A DNA stretch of 64,000 nt, from positions 139,998,001 to 140,062,000 of the forward strand of contig CM059432.1 in the NCBI GenBank assembly GCA_030390025.1. Reading direction: 5' to 3'. Made by a program: the position numbers and the translations under genes. Shown piece after piece: positions 1-12,525 of the stretch. The notes under the pieces are model-generated. The model worked only from the letters and a program-made list of their open reading frames with translations, did no database searches and was not told where the DNA came from. Numbering within the stretch: position 1 is the first letter of the stretch; each line of letters opens with the position of its first letter. Source of the DNA: Squalus acanthias. Lineage: Eukaryota.

Positions 1-97
1 TAAAGCTCAAGGAGTTCTGGCTTCAGTAGATGCCTTTAAATTCTGGAGCTGGACGATATTCCATAGACCAGTTGTCATTTTGCAACAAAGAAGTGAA

Positions 98-786
98 TCT
101 CTTCTTCTTAGGCAGTCCCTTGGAACCGAGGATGACTTGCTTCCACATTAAAAATGAGTTCGCAGGTGACTGATGAGTCCAATGCGGGACCTACAATCTC
201 TGTCACAGGTGGGGCAGACGGTGGTTGAAGGAGCGGGCGGGTGGGGTGCTTGGGTTGACGTGCGCTTCTTCCGCTGCTTGCGCTTGGCTTCTGCTTGCTC
301 CCGGCGAAGAGACTCGAGGTGTTCGGTGCCTTCCCGGATGCTTCTCCTCCACTTTGTGCGGTCTTGGGCCAGGGATTCCCAGGTGTCGGTGGGGATGTTG
401 CACTTTTTCAAGGAGCCTTTGAGGGTGTCCTTGAAGCGTTTCCTCTGCCCACCTGGGGCTCTCTTGCCGTGTCGGAGCTCCGAGTAGAGCGCTTGTTTTG
501 GGAGTCTCGTATCGGGCATGCGGACGATGTGACCCGTCCATCAGAGCTGATCGAGCGTGGTCAAAGCTTCGATGCTGGGGATGTTGGCCTGAGCGAGAAC
601 ACTGACGTTGGTGCGCCTATCCTGCCAATGGATTTGCAGGATCTTGCGGAGGCAGCGTTGGTGGTACCTCTCCAGTGCTTTGAGGTGCCTGCTGTACATG
701 GTCCATGTCTCTGAGGCATACAGCAGGGCAGGTATCACTACTGCTCTGTAGACCATGAGCTTAGTGCCGGGTTTGAGGTCCTGGTC
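98..786 (-). mobile_element. RTE-clade LINE, 5'-truncated 3' fragment
   Basis: ORFs 541..756 and 148..519 encode RTE-type C-terminus (LLYASETWT...RLPKQALYSEL...CPTCDRDCRSRIGLISHLRTH). They are separated by a TGA at 541-543 where the copy at 42 kb has CGA. (AAG)n tail at 98-110. Confidence 0.92.
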
Positions 787-1374
787 AAGAAGAATAGGCT
801 AGATTTTTGGGAAATGCGTCAGTCAGCTAGATGAACTCCAGTCATGACTACAGGCCACAAGTCTAATTTAAAGAGATTGTCATGCTGTAGCCAATGGTTT
901 GCTTGCTGCATTGTTATTCTGGTTGCAGTGCCGAGGTTCAGTTTCCATCACTCTATCACACACACACAAAAAAATGGTAATTTCTTCTCGGAGAAAGTGG
1001 ATGCCTTGTTGAAATATTAATAACCCGTCTTCTGTTATTCATGGACATTTCCCTGCCATGAGGCACCTGTCTACACATACAGATTTGACATTATTAGTCT
1101 CTGTGGATGTTTAATGTTAACTGAGAAAGAGATGAATCTCTATGCAATATGGAATTTGAACATGTTTTTTTATTTTAGAATGATACGCTCATGGTTCCAC
1201 CCCGCCCCCACCCCCTTTTGTGCCTTTACATTCTGTTTTTATGTTGTCATCATTATAAACTGGTTAAATTTTGAAGAAAATAAATATAAATAATGTATTA
1301 GTAACTACCATTGGATCAAACAATGTACAAGTATTGCGGACAGGTATTGGTGATTCAACTTAATTACATACCTG

Positions 1375-2122
1375 GGGCTAGAAACTGGGTACCTTCGAGC
1401 CTCCCGTTCGTGCTCCTGGGGGCCGCTAACGGGCCGCAAACGACTATTCATCCAGGTGCGGCGCCGCTAACGACTCCCGCTAAATTTAGCGGGAGTTTAG
1501 CGCCGGCGGTAACCGGTAGCGCCCCACTCCGCTGTGCAGGCGATGGCGACACCATCACCGTGCGCAGCGCCCCGTTTTCGCCCCGCCTGCAAAATTGGCC
1601 CGCGCTCCCCTGAATCTGCGGCGGCGATGACAGCGACCGATTCAGGGGGCGGGAACGGAGCGGCAGGAGGATCGCAGGGCGCTACGTAAAGGGGAGGTGG
1701 CGGGCGGGAGTGGAAAAAAAATCGGCCGACTTACTTGTTTCTTTTTTGAATGCGGGGTCCGTGCCGCGATCTGGCAGCCCGGCACTCCTCTTGTGTGCCG
1801 GGCTGCTGGCACGGCACCCCGCTCCCCGGTGGTCCAGGTAGGGCCCCGCAGAGTTGTGGGTTTGTGCCCTCCCCTTTAACGAGGGGAAGAGCCCTTCCAT
1901 GTGGAAGCGCCATGTGGTCCAGTGCGTCGCGCTGCAGAACAATATTTGGGGTTAGCGCTCTAAGAAGGAAGTGGTGCGCTTGATTTAGCGCTCCACCTCC
2001 CTCTTGGGGCACTAAAACTGAATTTCGCAGTCACCGGCGCTAATTAGTGCTGGCCGCTAAAATAAAGTTCGCACCCAGGCGATGTTAGTACCCCAAAATG
2101 GTCGATACTGAATTTCTCCCCC
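1375..2122. mobile_element. Non-autonomous PIF/Harbinger-type MITE (GC/CpG-rich)
   Basis: Imperfect TIRs GGGCTAGAAACT...AATTTCTCCCCC with 3-bp TSD CTG (1372-1374, 2123-2125). Similar to elements at 4.4, 11.2 and 61.1 kb. Confidence 0.75.
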
Positions 2123-3360
2123 CTGATCTTTTAATGAACTCTTTCTATAGACAGTTATTTCCCATTTGGTGTTCTGTATAATATCCTCTATCGCTATATA
2201 CTGCATGCAAAGTAGTTTCTCCAGAGTGGGATTTATATTTCCAACATGTGACATTCATCATAGATTTAGTATTGAGCTCCGTATAGTAAAACAATATATT
2301 TTAATGAGCTTTCTTTCCTGAAACAGATTGCAGAGAAAATGCAGTAAACCCTAACTATACCGATGCATGTGTAGTGCAGCCAACCTCTCGATATATCTTA
2401 TGAATGTTCCTTTGCCAATGTATTCAATGTCTATCTCTTACCTTTTTTTAAGGTCAAAGGCACACAGCGAAATGGTAGCCAATATATATTGGATTGTAGG
2501 TGGCTACTGGGATGAGGAACGGAAAAGCTGTCCAGGAGGTGGTAGAACAGGTGAAGAAGAAAGTGGAATAGTTGGGATTCAGACTGAGAGGGAATATGAG
2601 GGGCGCTGGAAGAAGCAGGAGATGGGTCTTAGGTGTGGCACGTGGGATGCAGCAGATGGAGGGGGCCTGGGCCTGGAAGGAAACCGAGGGGGATGGGAAC
2701 TGGGTGCGCTCGGTAACGATGGGGGATGGGAGACGTTCGGCTCCAAATCGGTGGGGATGCACCCTAGGAGCACTGGTAAGGGTGAGTGGGGCAGAGGATC
2801 CTGGGCCTACACCACAGTGAGAAACTGCTACTAAAAGCAGTTTAAAAATGTTTTTGAAGCAATTTGGTTGTTTTTGTGATGGGTGTCAGTTATTCTTTGG
2901 AATCCTTTTCCAGTGGTTTCGTGAATGGAAATGCCTTTTGGAATAAATGGTATATCTGAGCTCATCAGCAATGTTCACTAAATGGATAGTGACCTGTTAC
3001 TCTTTTATCAATACAATATTTGATCCAATCAGCACGTTTTGCCCCATGGACGGTTTGTATGTGCTGACAGACACTAACCTACAGGTATGTGGCAGATGCA
3101 AGACTTTTAAGTTTACATGTTAAATGAAAAGTAAAGAGAGATTTCAAGTTTGTTTTGCTTTCAGTTTTTGGTCAGCTTATGCTTTAAATTGAAGTTTTTA
3201 AAATATAAATCATATTGAAAGAAATCAGGTGTTGACTAAAAGAAGATAGATACAGAATTTCCACATTTCCAGCTGACTTTACTGCCAAAAATAAGATGAT
3301 TAAAAAGCTTGCCTGATGGCTTACTGAATATATATCTTGGTCAACGTGGTACAGCCATGA

Positions 3361-3645
3361 ATATAGAAACATAGAAACATAGAATCTAGGAGCAGGAGTA
3401 GGCCATTCGGCCCGTCGAGCCTGCTCCGTCATTCAATACGATCATGGCTGATCATCCAAATCCAGTACCCTGTCCCTGCTTTAATCCCCACAGTACACAT
3501 ATCCCACCCTACCCCCGTAACCCCATGTATTTAATTCCCCCTAACATATCCCATCCTATCCCCATAACCCCACATATTTAATCCCCCCTAACACTAAGGG
3601 TCAATTTATCATAGCCAAATCAACCTAACCCACACATTTTTGGAC
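3361..3645 (-). mobile_element. V-SINE/HE1-like SINE, 5'-truncated, with CR1-type tail
   Basis: (ATAGAAAC)n tail, CR1-like 3' stem GGCCATTCGGCCC, V-domain-like GGGTCAATTTATCATAGCCAAATCAACCTAACCC. Confidence 0.65.
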
Positions 3646-3654
3646 AATATAAAG

Positions 3655-3935
3655 ATCAGAAAGATCCCACGTTTGATTCCTGCTTTGTGTTGTTCGATGA
3701 CCTCAGTGCCCTGAACTGGGGCGGGGTGGGTGGGGAAATCAGCCAAACATCCTGCTCCTGACCACTAACCACTGACCACTTCTGTAAAGTGTATGTGGGT
3801 GGGCATTGGTTGAGAACAGATTTGGTTTGATTGTGATGCCCCTCATGCCTGAACAGCCAGTGTATTCTCATTGTTTAAGCTCACACATGAAGAATTTGAC
3901 TGATTTACCAGAAGCAGGCTATGGAAAAGTATGCC
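3655..3935 (+). mobile_element. Old unclassified SINE-like repeat
   Basis: Shares CTCAGTGCCCT...AAATCAGCCAAA...CCTGACCACTA with 17.1 kb and CACATGAAGAAT with 50.6 kb. Related antisense pieces at 5.0-5.2 kb and 21.8-22.2 kb. Confidence 0.45.
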
Positions 3936-3940
3936 TTGAA

Positions 3941-4227
3941 TCGTAGAATAGCATCATAGAATCATACAGCACAGAAGGAGGCCATTCGGCCCATCGTGCC
4001 TGTGCCGGCTCTTTGAAAGAGCGATCCAATTCGTCCCACTGTCTCCTGCTTTTTCCTCACAGCCCTGTGCATTTTCTCCTCTTCATGTATTTATCAAATT
4101 CCCTTTTGAAAGTTACTATTGAATCTGCTTCCACCACCCTTTCAGACACTGCATTCCAGATCACAACAACTCGCTGCATAAAAGGAATTCTCCTCATCTC
4201 TCCTCCGGCTCTTTTGCCAACTACCCT
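3941..4227 (-). mobile_element. CR1 LINE 3' fragment
   Basis: (CATAGAAT)n tail, GGCCATTCGGCCC stem, ORF2 end. Confidence 0.85.
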
Positions 4228-4439
4228 ATATCTTAAAAATCTTAAAACGAATGAAGAAAGAAAGAATCAGTGGAGCAGATTTTCTCTTTCTTGCCCCTGA
4301 GCGTAGTGGATGTGCCCAGTGCATAGAGGAAAATGAGGTGAGAGGGAATGCACACCCATAAGGCAGCCTGACCGTATTTCCATCCATTAAGGTATGGTTG
4401 GGGGTGGAGGGGGGGTGGGGAGCGGTGGGGGGGAATGAG

Positions 4440-5027
4440 AATTATTTTGTTGCTGCTAATTTTAGTGCCCCGAAAAAATTAGCGCCCCCGCGGCCAAAGT
4501 TTATCGGTAGCGCCCCGCCTCCCTCTTGGGGCGCTGCGAGGGAATATCGCGGCGGCGCTGCGGCACGTCGGCCGCGGTACTGCAGGCCTTCCTCCCCTTC
4601 TTAAAGGGGAGGGGCCTTGCGCAGCGCGACCCGGGGCCCAGCTGGGCCACCAGGGATCAGAGTGCCGGCAAAAGAGCCCGGCACTCAAGAGAAATGCCGG
4701 GCTCACGGAGCGCAGCCGGCACTTCCCGGGGGGGGCTGCAGAGGAGGCCGGGGACAGCACAGGGGGCAGGTGCTGGCAGGCGGCCAGCAACAAAAATGGT
4801 CGCCCGGCACCTCGCCTTTAATTAGTGCCGCACCGGCTGCAGGTAAGCCCCCCTGACCCCGTCGGACATAGCGTCCAGCGGTAAGTCAGGGGGCGCTACC
4901 GAAGATCGCGGCCGGGGCGCTGCGCACGGCGATGACGCCATCATCGCGGTGCAGTGCCGCGGGGCGCTAACGGTTACCGCCTCTTAGGGTGCTAACGGGA
5001 GGCACAAAGCAACTGAATTTTTCCCCC
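4440..5027. mobile_element. Harbinger-type MITE (partial; opposite orientation to 1375-2122)
   Basis: One TIR GAATTTTTCCCCC at ~5016-5027. Internal GC-rich similarity to the 1.4 and 61.1 kb MITEs. Confidence 0.65.
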
Positions 5028-5239
5028 TAACTCTTGCAGAAGTCCAGTTCTACGGGCTTTGTCAGCCCTCTGGTACCTAGGCCAAGCAGCCGTTCCTTAT
5101 ACGCGCGCCTAGACAGTCATTGGCAGGTTGTATGATTATGAGCATCAAACAGGCTGAAATTGGATTTGCCTGGGATACTTTTTTTTTTAACATGCTAATA
5201 CTGTAATGCTAGATTCAGTATTTTTTCTCCATAACATAC

Positions 5240-5680
5240 CAAAGCGCTTCACAGAGGAGTGAAGAAGCTATCAGGAGGGGTGACCAAAAGCTTGACCGAA
5301 GAGATGGGTCTTAAGGAAGGCATTAAAAGCGGAGAGGGAGGTGGAGAGGCGGAGGGGTTTAGGGAGGAGCCGTCCTTTGTCCACTCTTAAGAGTAGACAA
5401 ATGACGGCTCCTCCCCTAACCTTTCCCTCCATATGAACTCTTCTACCTATACTCACAGCCACCCCCTCGACCTTGCCATCTCCCGTGGCCTCTCTACTTT
5501 CATGGTGTCTATCACAGAGAAGACCATCTCCAAACACTTCCTTGTATCGCTCACCACCCAGATCCGACTATCGCTTTCCAACCCCACTTCATACTGTGCC
5601 CTTCCCTGGGAAAAACTCTCCCCCAAATCACTGGCAACTGCACTTTCTAAATCCTAACTACCTCGACTTTGGCCCAACTG
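5240..5680. mobile_element. L2 LINE fragments (3' end on minus strand 5240-5365; endonuclease piece on plus strand ~5420-5680)
   Basis: Minus strand encodes AFLKTHLFGQAF (L2 C-terminus). Plus strand encodes TYTHSHPLDLAISRGL (L2 APE endonuclease C-terminal motif). Confidence 0.7.
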
Positions 5681-6462
5681 AATGAGGCCCCACTAAAAGA
5701 TGCCTTATTATGAAGAATGGCATGTAGAGCAGCTTATGCTATTCGACCCTGAGCTGTTCCCACGTATTCTATGAAGGTTCCTGCGTATCTTTTCTGTTTC
5801 CTCAATATGGCTTCCACCCTCTACTGCCTCTTGCTAAATGAACCTACATTCTCCCAAAATAAAAAAATCTTGTAACTGTACCCACGAGCCAAATGAAAGT
5901 GATCGGTGTTTGAATTTGATTTGGAAAAGGTTGTGAGTTTCTTTTATTATTCATAATTCAGCTGCTTGTACGTTGAAGTAAAAATTTGTTATGTGGCATG
6001 GTGCTGGGCCCGGCCTCGATTTTAACTCCAGGTGGATTCCCCCGCTCAGGCCTGAGTTAAAATTACAGTCGGATCTCAATGATGTCATCGGTCCGCAACA
6101 TGTACATGTAAAGAAGGGCCCTGTTGGCTCCGGGTACGTGTCCTTGCTGCCTGCTCAGGAGAACAGGTTAAAATTGGAGATGTTGTGATCATGGCGGCTT
6201 TCAGACAGGTAAGAGCCAGGGCGATTTTAACTGCCCACCCGCCAGGTTTCTGCTATGAATGATTAGAAGACCTAAGTAAACTGAACTCAGTCTTAAATCA
6301 ATATACTACAGTTAAAATGATGATCCATTTGATTACTAATTTCATTTACTTTTGGGCAGAGGGAAACCAATGAAGCATATCATTATTGCCTTGATCTGTT
6401 GTACTGATACAGAAGTAATTGTTACCATGCTTAATTGTAACTCTTAAGGAAACAGTAACAGT

Positions 6463-6807
6463 ACAGGGCTTGACAGGGTAGATGCTGGGAGGCTGTTTCC
6501 CCTGGCTGGAGAGTCTAGAACTAGGAGGCACAGTCTCAGGATAAGGGGTCGGCCATTTAGGACTGAGATGAGGAGAAATTTCTTCACTCAGAGGGTTGTG
6601 ACTCTTTTGAATTCTCTACCCCAGAGGGCTGTGGATGCTCAGTCATTGAGTATATTCAAGACTGAGATCGATAGATTTTTGTACACTAAGGGAATCAAGG
6701 GACATGGGGATAGGGCGGGAAAGTGGAGTTGAGGTAGAAGATCAGCCGTGAATGGCAGAGCAGGCTCGAGGAGCCAAATGGCCTACTCCTGCTCCCTGTT
6801 CTTATGT
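6463..6807 (+). mobile_element. CR1 LINE 3' fragment
   Basis: Encodes GLDRVDAGRLFPL...MRRNFFTQRVV and has a CR1-type tail. Confidence 0.88.
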
Positions 6808-7355
6808 ACAGAAAATAATCCCATTTTGTGTTGTAAAGTTTGATGAAGAATGTTATTTCTATAATATTAGACAGGACTTACTATTCTGAGGAAAAATCCC
6901 AATACTGAAACACTGTCCATTGAGATAAGGGTTTGTGCTGGGGAGTGTGCGCCTGTGCCAGAAACAGCTTCTATTTCTAGTTGTCACTATGGGTTGCGTT
7001 TTAACTGTTTAAACTGGAGAATATCATTAGGGCATTTTCAGGTAAGCAGTACCTTTAATTTTAAAGTCAAAGAGAAAATCATGAATATTTGAAATCAAGA
7101 ATGAAAACAGAAAATACTAAGAGATGCACAGCTGGTTGATGAGCAGCTGAAGGAGCGAGAGAGAGATAACCCTTTTGGTCTTTCATGAATGAGTTCTCTA
7201 GGGAAAGAAAGATCTTGCGTTTATAAATGAAACTCCTGAGAAATATGCATAATTAGAGTTTTTATTCACTTATGTAGAGTGCACATTCTCTCCCTATATT
7301 TTGTGGGACCTTGCTGTGTGCAAATTGGTTGCCGCGTTTCCTACATTACAACAGT

Positions 7356-8857
7356 GGCCCGTATTTTCCGATCCCTGCGGGTGTGTACGAGCTGTGTACA
7401 CACCCGTAGGGACATCGGAAATGCCGGTTTCAGGCATGCCAAGCGCAAGCGCTGAAAACCGGCATTTCCGATCTGTCAAGAATGCTCTTGACAGATCGGA
7501 TGCCTGCCCTGGAGAAGGGCCTCTGCGGGCGGAGAGTTCGCTTTCTGCAGAACCTCCGTCCGCTGAAAACACTTCAAAATCTTACGCCTGGCGTAAGGCC
7601 TGCTTTTACCAGCATAAGAGTTGAAAAAAATGTAAAATAAATAAATACATTTTTTTCACTCATTTATAATTTAAAAATATTTTTAAAAAAGGTAAGTTTA
7701 ATTTTAGCCCCGTAAAAAACTTTAATTATTTTTTTCAAAAAATTAAATTTTTGTTTAAAATATTTAATTTAATGGCCCAGAAATTGATCTCGCTCTGTTC
7801 CCGCGGGGGTAAGGAGCAGGCGCGATCTCTCACTCCGCGTTGGCTTTTTCAGATCCAGCTCGCACGAACTTGATGTTCTAGACATCAGCTGGGCAGTGCT
7901 TGCGTATCCCACCGGCGTAGTGAATTCGTGCGAGCTGTGGGATCACGTGACTCAGTTAGAGCCAATGGCAGCACACCATCTTCCATTCATAAGTTTCACA
8001 TACGTGCTGTGAAAGCTATGAATCTTACACACCCCCAAAATAACAGCTAAACCTCAATTAAATTTAAAAAAAACCATCACATTAATAAAATAAGTATAGT
8101 TAAATAAATTAACCATTTTAAATAAAAAATTAAATTTTTGAAAAAATTTAAAATCTTTTAAAAAGTTATAAAAATAAACTTACCTGTCTTTAAAGTCTCT
8201 AAAAAAGATATACCTGTTAAAAAAAATTCAAAATAATACTTAATTCACTACTTACCTTGTTAAAAGTGGGTCTTACTCCTCCTTTTTCATTTCTAAAATC
8301 TTCCGTCCTTACCTGCGCGTCCAAAGCACTAAGTGCACAGCGTGCGCGCAGCCTGTAGCGCGCACGCGGTGCACCGAGGAACCGCCCCCTTTTCCAAAAA
8401 CCAAGTGCCGGTTTTCAGCGCATGCGCAGTGCATGCAGAAAACCGGCAATTGGAGAGAGAATACGCGAGAGTACACAGTGCGTACTCTCGTGTAGCGGCA
8501 TCAATTTTTGGCCCAATGTAATTTTAACTCATTTTAAAAACGTGATGGTTTTTTAAAAATTTATTTAATGTTTTAGTGTCTTTTTGGGGTGATCTCCATT
8601 CATATATTTGACAGGTCTATCTGTCAAAAGTATGAAGGGAGATTCCCTTCTCCTATTGGCTGGCCTGGCCCATGTGATCCCAGGGACGCTTGCGAACCGC
8701 CTGTGCCCCTGGGATACGTGGGCCCTGCGCATTTCGACTGTGGAGAGGACCAGGAGTGGAAGTGTCCGGACCTCGGGAGCCCTCAGGTAAGAGCGTAGAT
8801 TTTTTTCCGATAGGAGGCCTCCGCACGCAGGGAGCCTTCTATTGGAAATTACGGGCC
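7356..8857. mobile_element. Harbinger/PHIS-type MITE (outer)
   Basis: TIRs GGCCCGTATTTTCC...GGAAATTACGGGCC, flanked by AGT/AAT, AT-rich core. Confidence 0.82.
7774..8514. mobile_element. Harbinger/PHIS-type MITE (nested)
   Basis: TIRs GGCCCAGAAATTGAT...ATCAATTTTTGGCCC with perfect AAT TSD (7771-7773, 8515-8517). Confidence 0.82.
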
Positions 8858-9559
8858 AATGACTACACTTCAAAAGCACTTAATTGGCTGCAAAGCGCTT
8901 AGGGAGGTCCTGAAGGTGTGAAAGGCACTATAGAAATGCAAGCCTTTCTTTCTTTATAGGGACACATTCCACTTTTTTTAAGCTTCCAGAACCAGGAGAC
9001 AGGTTGGCAAGAGTCAAGGTTTAGGGACTCACCCCTGCTCCCCAGTATGTATAAGGGCACTGCTGGAGCTTAATCAGAATAGGGCACTGGTAAACCTTCT
9101 ATTGCTTGGCTTGCCGAGTTAGGACTTAGCTTGCAGGGATACCTGGGGGTGAGTGGGGAGACTCCCAGTCCCCAGTGACAGGTACATTCTTTCAGGTCCC
9201 ATAAATGAGCCAGGTTGGCTGTTGAATCACCAATAGCATCCTGGACTTCTGTGGACCCACCCGGCTCAGATTAATCAAGTTACCATCTGTCTCAGAGGAC
9301 TGACTAGGTTCTAAACTCTCATTGTCAGGCTGTCACCTTGGATCCAACTTCCCCACAAAGAGACTGCGCTTACCTCACACCTCAATAACTAGTCACAAGT
9401 TGGCCAGCCATGGCACAGCAGCATCACTCATTCACAGGGGACCAAACCTTAAGACCAGCGCCAGGAAAATCATACCTTCTGGCAAACGTACATTCGTTTA
9501 GAAACTTACCACCCTTCATCAGAAGGTGTCCAGATAAAAATCCTGCTCCATTACCTGCA

Positions 9560-9790
9560 GAGTACAAAGTCCTCCTAGCTCTGCTCTAGGGCTGTAACGG
9601 TGCCTACCCCTTTGGTAGTGTTGCTGGCCTTAACGCCCAGGCAGTACCCAGACATCCTCTTCTGTCCGGCACTGTACCCAACAGTTTGCCACCAGGTGTG
9701 CCAACCATATGGCACTGAGGCCCCGGAGGAAGTTTGGGGCACTGAAGATTGTTGTCCGCACTTCGGGTGTACTCTGTACTAATCGCTCCC
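9560..9790 (+). pseudogene. Possible highly decayed Harbinger (HARBI1-like) transposase C-terminal remnant
   Basis: LL*GCNGAYPF and RKFGALKIVVRTSGVL resemble the LLGDxGYPL and ERTFGxLKxRFRCLDxSGG motifs. Frameshifted. Confidence 0.3.
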
Positions 9791-10659
9791 AGACAGATTC
9801 AGGAGGAGGATTGACCTCACAATGTTATTTTTGTTTTAATTGTCTGTGGCAACCCAATGGGAGATGAATTAGTACTGTATTAAAAGTGAAAATATAATCA
9901 GTTCTGCTTCACCCGACAAAACAAGGGCTTGATTTTGCAATATTTTACAAGGAAGAGCATGGTAATACATGGAAAAAAACTTCTTGTTGCAGCAAGCTTT
10001 CTCAATTCCCATCGACTTTCTTTACGCTGCCCATAGCTTTGCGGTAGTAAGAAAACTGAACAGATGCAGATTCAATGGAGTTCAATGTGAGTATAATCAT
10101 TCATGTGGGACCTGTTTGGCCTCGTGATATTCTCAAAATACATAACATGATTATATCCAGGAAACCAACTTTGAAAAATTATTTTTGATTGATAACTGCT
10201 TTCATTCCACATATAAAATAACAGGTGGCCAAAGGTATATTACAGATATATATCGAGTCATGCGTTTCTTAAGAGTACACACAAAAACATCAAATCAACA
10301 AGGAACTTCATATGTAAACATCAGTCAGCCCCAAACCATCTGTTATTTTGCAGAATATATAAGGTCATCCTTACTTTGCTTCGGTTTGTGAAAATGAGCT
10401 GGCCTTGCAACAATTTGAGGTAATTACAAAGTAAAAAAATAGGTGCACAATGTCACCAGTTCTACTGCAATGTTCCCAGCTCCCCATTATACTAGGCATT
10501 TGTGGATCATACTGCACTGATTGCACATGTCAACCTCAAACGTGCAATACAGTATAATGCTGGGTTAGCTGATCTTGACTTTAGCTGTCTTTCATTAGTC
10601 CATTGTTTTTATCTTGCTGCCAGATGCAGGGTAATTGCAGTTGGTAAACTGATTTGACC

Positions 10660-11190
10660 CACTTTGAGAGTGCTGCATTATTGAAGGTGCTGTCGTTTGG
10701 TTGAGACAGTAAACTAAGGTCTTGTCTGTCCATTCTGATGGTTTAGTGGAAGTTAACGAACCCATGGCACTATTCAAAGACGTTCTCCTGGTCAACATTT
10801 CTCCCTCAACTAATATTACTCGAAAACCGATTGACTGGTCATTCACTTTGCTGCTGGGTGTAAGACGTCATGGTCTGCAAAATGGCATCCAGGTTGCTGG
10901 ACGTTAGCAAGGATAGGGCCAAGAAAATTCTCCCCAGAGGAATTTGCTCCCCTTGGTCCCTGCCCATTTGACATCGGGGGGGAGGGGGGGGGGCAATTTT
11001 TCAGGTGGACAGGATTCTGAGCAGAAACCTAACGTCCATCAGGCCTCCTGCGACCGAATTCCACCACAGAAGTGCCACTGGAGCAAGGTTTCCATTTATT
11101 TGGGTGTTTGGCTGCCACATCTGCCTACATAACAACAGTCAATACACCTTCAAAGTAATTGATTGTACGTGAGGTGCTTTGAGACATTTC
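10660..11190 (+). mobile_element. Old DeuSINE, interrupted by a MITE-like fragment (~10855-11085)
   Basis: Decayed Deu-domain sequence (GAGACAGTAAACTAAGGTC...CCCATGGCACTATTC) and 3' CTGCCTACATAACAACAGTC. Confidence 0.6.
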
Positions 11191-11197
11191 TGGGGGC

Positions 11198-12012
11198 GGG
11201 GGAAAAATTTGGTTGCTTTGCGCCTCCTGTTAGCGCCCTCAGAGGGCGCGGCGATGTTTGCGCCACTCGCGAAACTGACCAGACATTTTGCAGCGGCGCT
11301 AAACACTACCGCCACGATCTCCTGCGCCCACAGATTGTGACGTCAGTCGAGCGTGCAACGTCCCGGACCGGATATTGAGTGGCGCCCCCTGCCTTACTGC
11401 CTGCTGCTAGCAACGACAGGTTGAGGGGAGCATTTTGCAGTCGGGAAGGGACTGGGGGAGCGCTATTTAAAGGCGACTGCTTCCTGCCTTTTTTTGTCAG
11501 CGACATTTTTGCACCACGCATTCTGAGAGAGAGAGAGAGACTTCTGGAGAGATTCAACGCTGTGTGAAGGAGTTTTGGGTACTGAGCAGCACTTTGCAGG
11601 TTCATTTTGATTTGACCTTCCTTGCATCTATGGGGGCTGCACTCTGAGCTCTTTCCCTGGGCCTCTCCATTGCTCTTTCAGCAGAATTGATGTACAGGTC
11701 TCTCCAGGCCGAGATTCAAGGCTGCAATGAGCAGGGTGTGGATGGAGAGCAAGATCGACCCTCCCCTTTAAGAACTGGCCGGCGCCAGTGTGTCTGTGTT
11801 CCATTGCTGACTGACATCACATGAGCTTTGCCAGTGCTCTGAGGTAGCGCCTCGCTCCTCGGCGTAGGCGCCTTAAGAGAGGTGTGTAGCGCCTGATTTA
11901 GTGCTCCAATCACCTCCAGGGGCGATAGAAGCCAAGTTTGCAGTCGAGGCGATAATTAGTGCCAGGCGCTAAACTTTGCGCCCCAAACGGGGCGATACTG
12001 AATTTCTCCCCC
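11198..12012. mobile_element. Harbinger-type MITE / internal-deletion derivative
   Basis: TIRs GGGGGAAAAATTT...GAATTTCTCCCCC. Right end closely matches 2040-2122. Confidence 0.72.
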
Positions 12013-12296
12013 AAGATAAGAGGCCAAGGTCGTCGTTCTGAAGTCACTCCCATGTCATTTACATTTGCTTTATACCCCAGAAGTACACATGAATTGTAAT
12101 GGGTCCTCTGTCCTTTTTTCATTGTTTTGTGCCTGATAAATTGTTCCCATTTGTCCAGTGAATGGTGTTAATGTGCTGATTTGTGAGGATTTGTAGGTTC
12201 TGGTGGAGGAGGAGGATCAGAAGAGGAAATGTCAGGTAGGTGTATTTGCATTTTAAATGCTCCATTTGGATCTGTTTTTACACTGGCACCCATGGG

Positions 12297-12525
12297 TACA
12301 GGGCCAGGCTTTTGTACCTGGAGCATGCAGAAGCTAAGATTAATGAAGGAGGCCATAACAGCAGTATGCACACTGTTGCAGCCAGACTTGGCAACCACTT
12401 CCGGGATAGGGCAGAGACCAGGAATAAGACACTTCTGTCTGGATGTGAAGGTTACAGCTGCTTAAAAAAATTTATGCAGAAGGTTTCTTCCAAGCGAGTG
12501 CAGGCAATCTCTGTTACATCTCCTA
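12297..12525 (+). pseudogene. Decayed Harbinger (HARBI1-like) transposase, N-terminal/HTH region
   Basis: YRARLLYLE...LRLMKEAITAVCTLLQPDL...LDVKVTAA*...FYAEGFFQASAGNLCYIS matches the Harbinger pattern (RLRLSKE..LC.LLQPDL...VKVTAALNFYASGSFQ..GDLC.IS). Stops and frameshifts present. Confidence 0.75.

Larger units (their letters stand above)
7290..8955 (+). mobile_element. DeuSINE 3' part split by nested MITEs (7290-7355 and 8858-8955)
   Basis: CCTACATTACAACAGT | AATGACTACACTTCAAAA rejoins to the SINE sequence seen at 25.4, 57.3 and 62.8 kb. Confidence 0.8.

Noticed and set aside
1375..2122. CpG-island host promoters (also 4.4, 11.2 and 61.1 kb)
   Set aside because: Each CpG-rich island is bounded by TIR-like ends and is similar to the others, so they are MITEs.
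2367..2834. 155-aa Gly-rich ORF in a purine-rich island
   Set aside because: No recognisable motif in any frame; base-composition bias explains the lack of stops.
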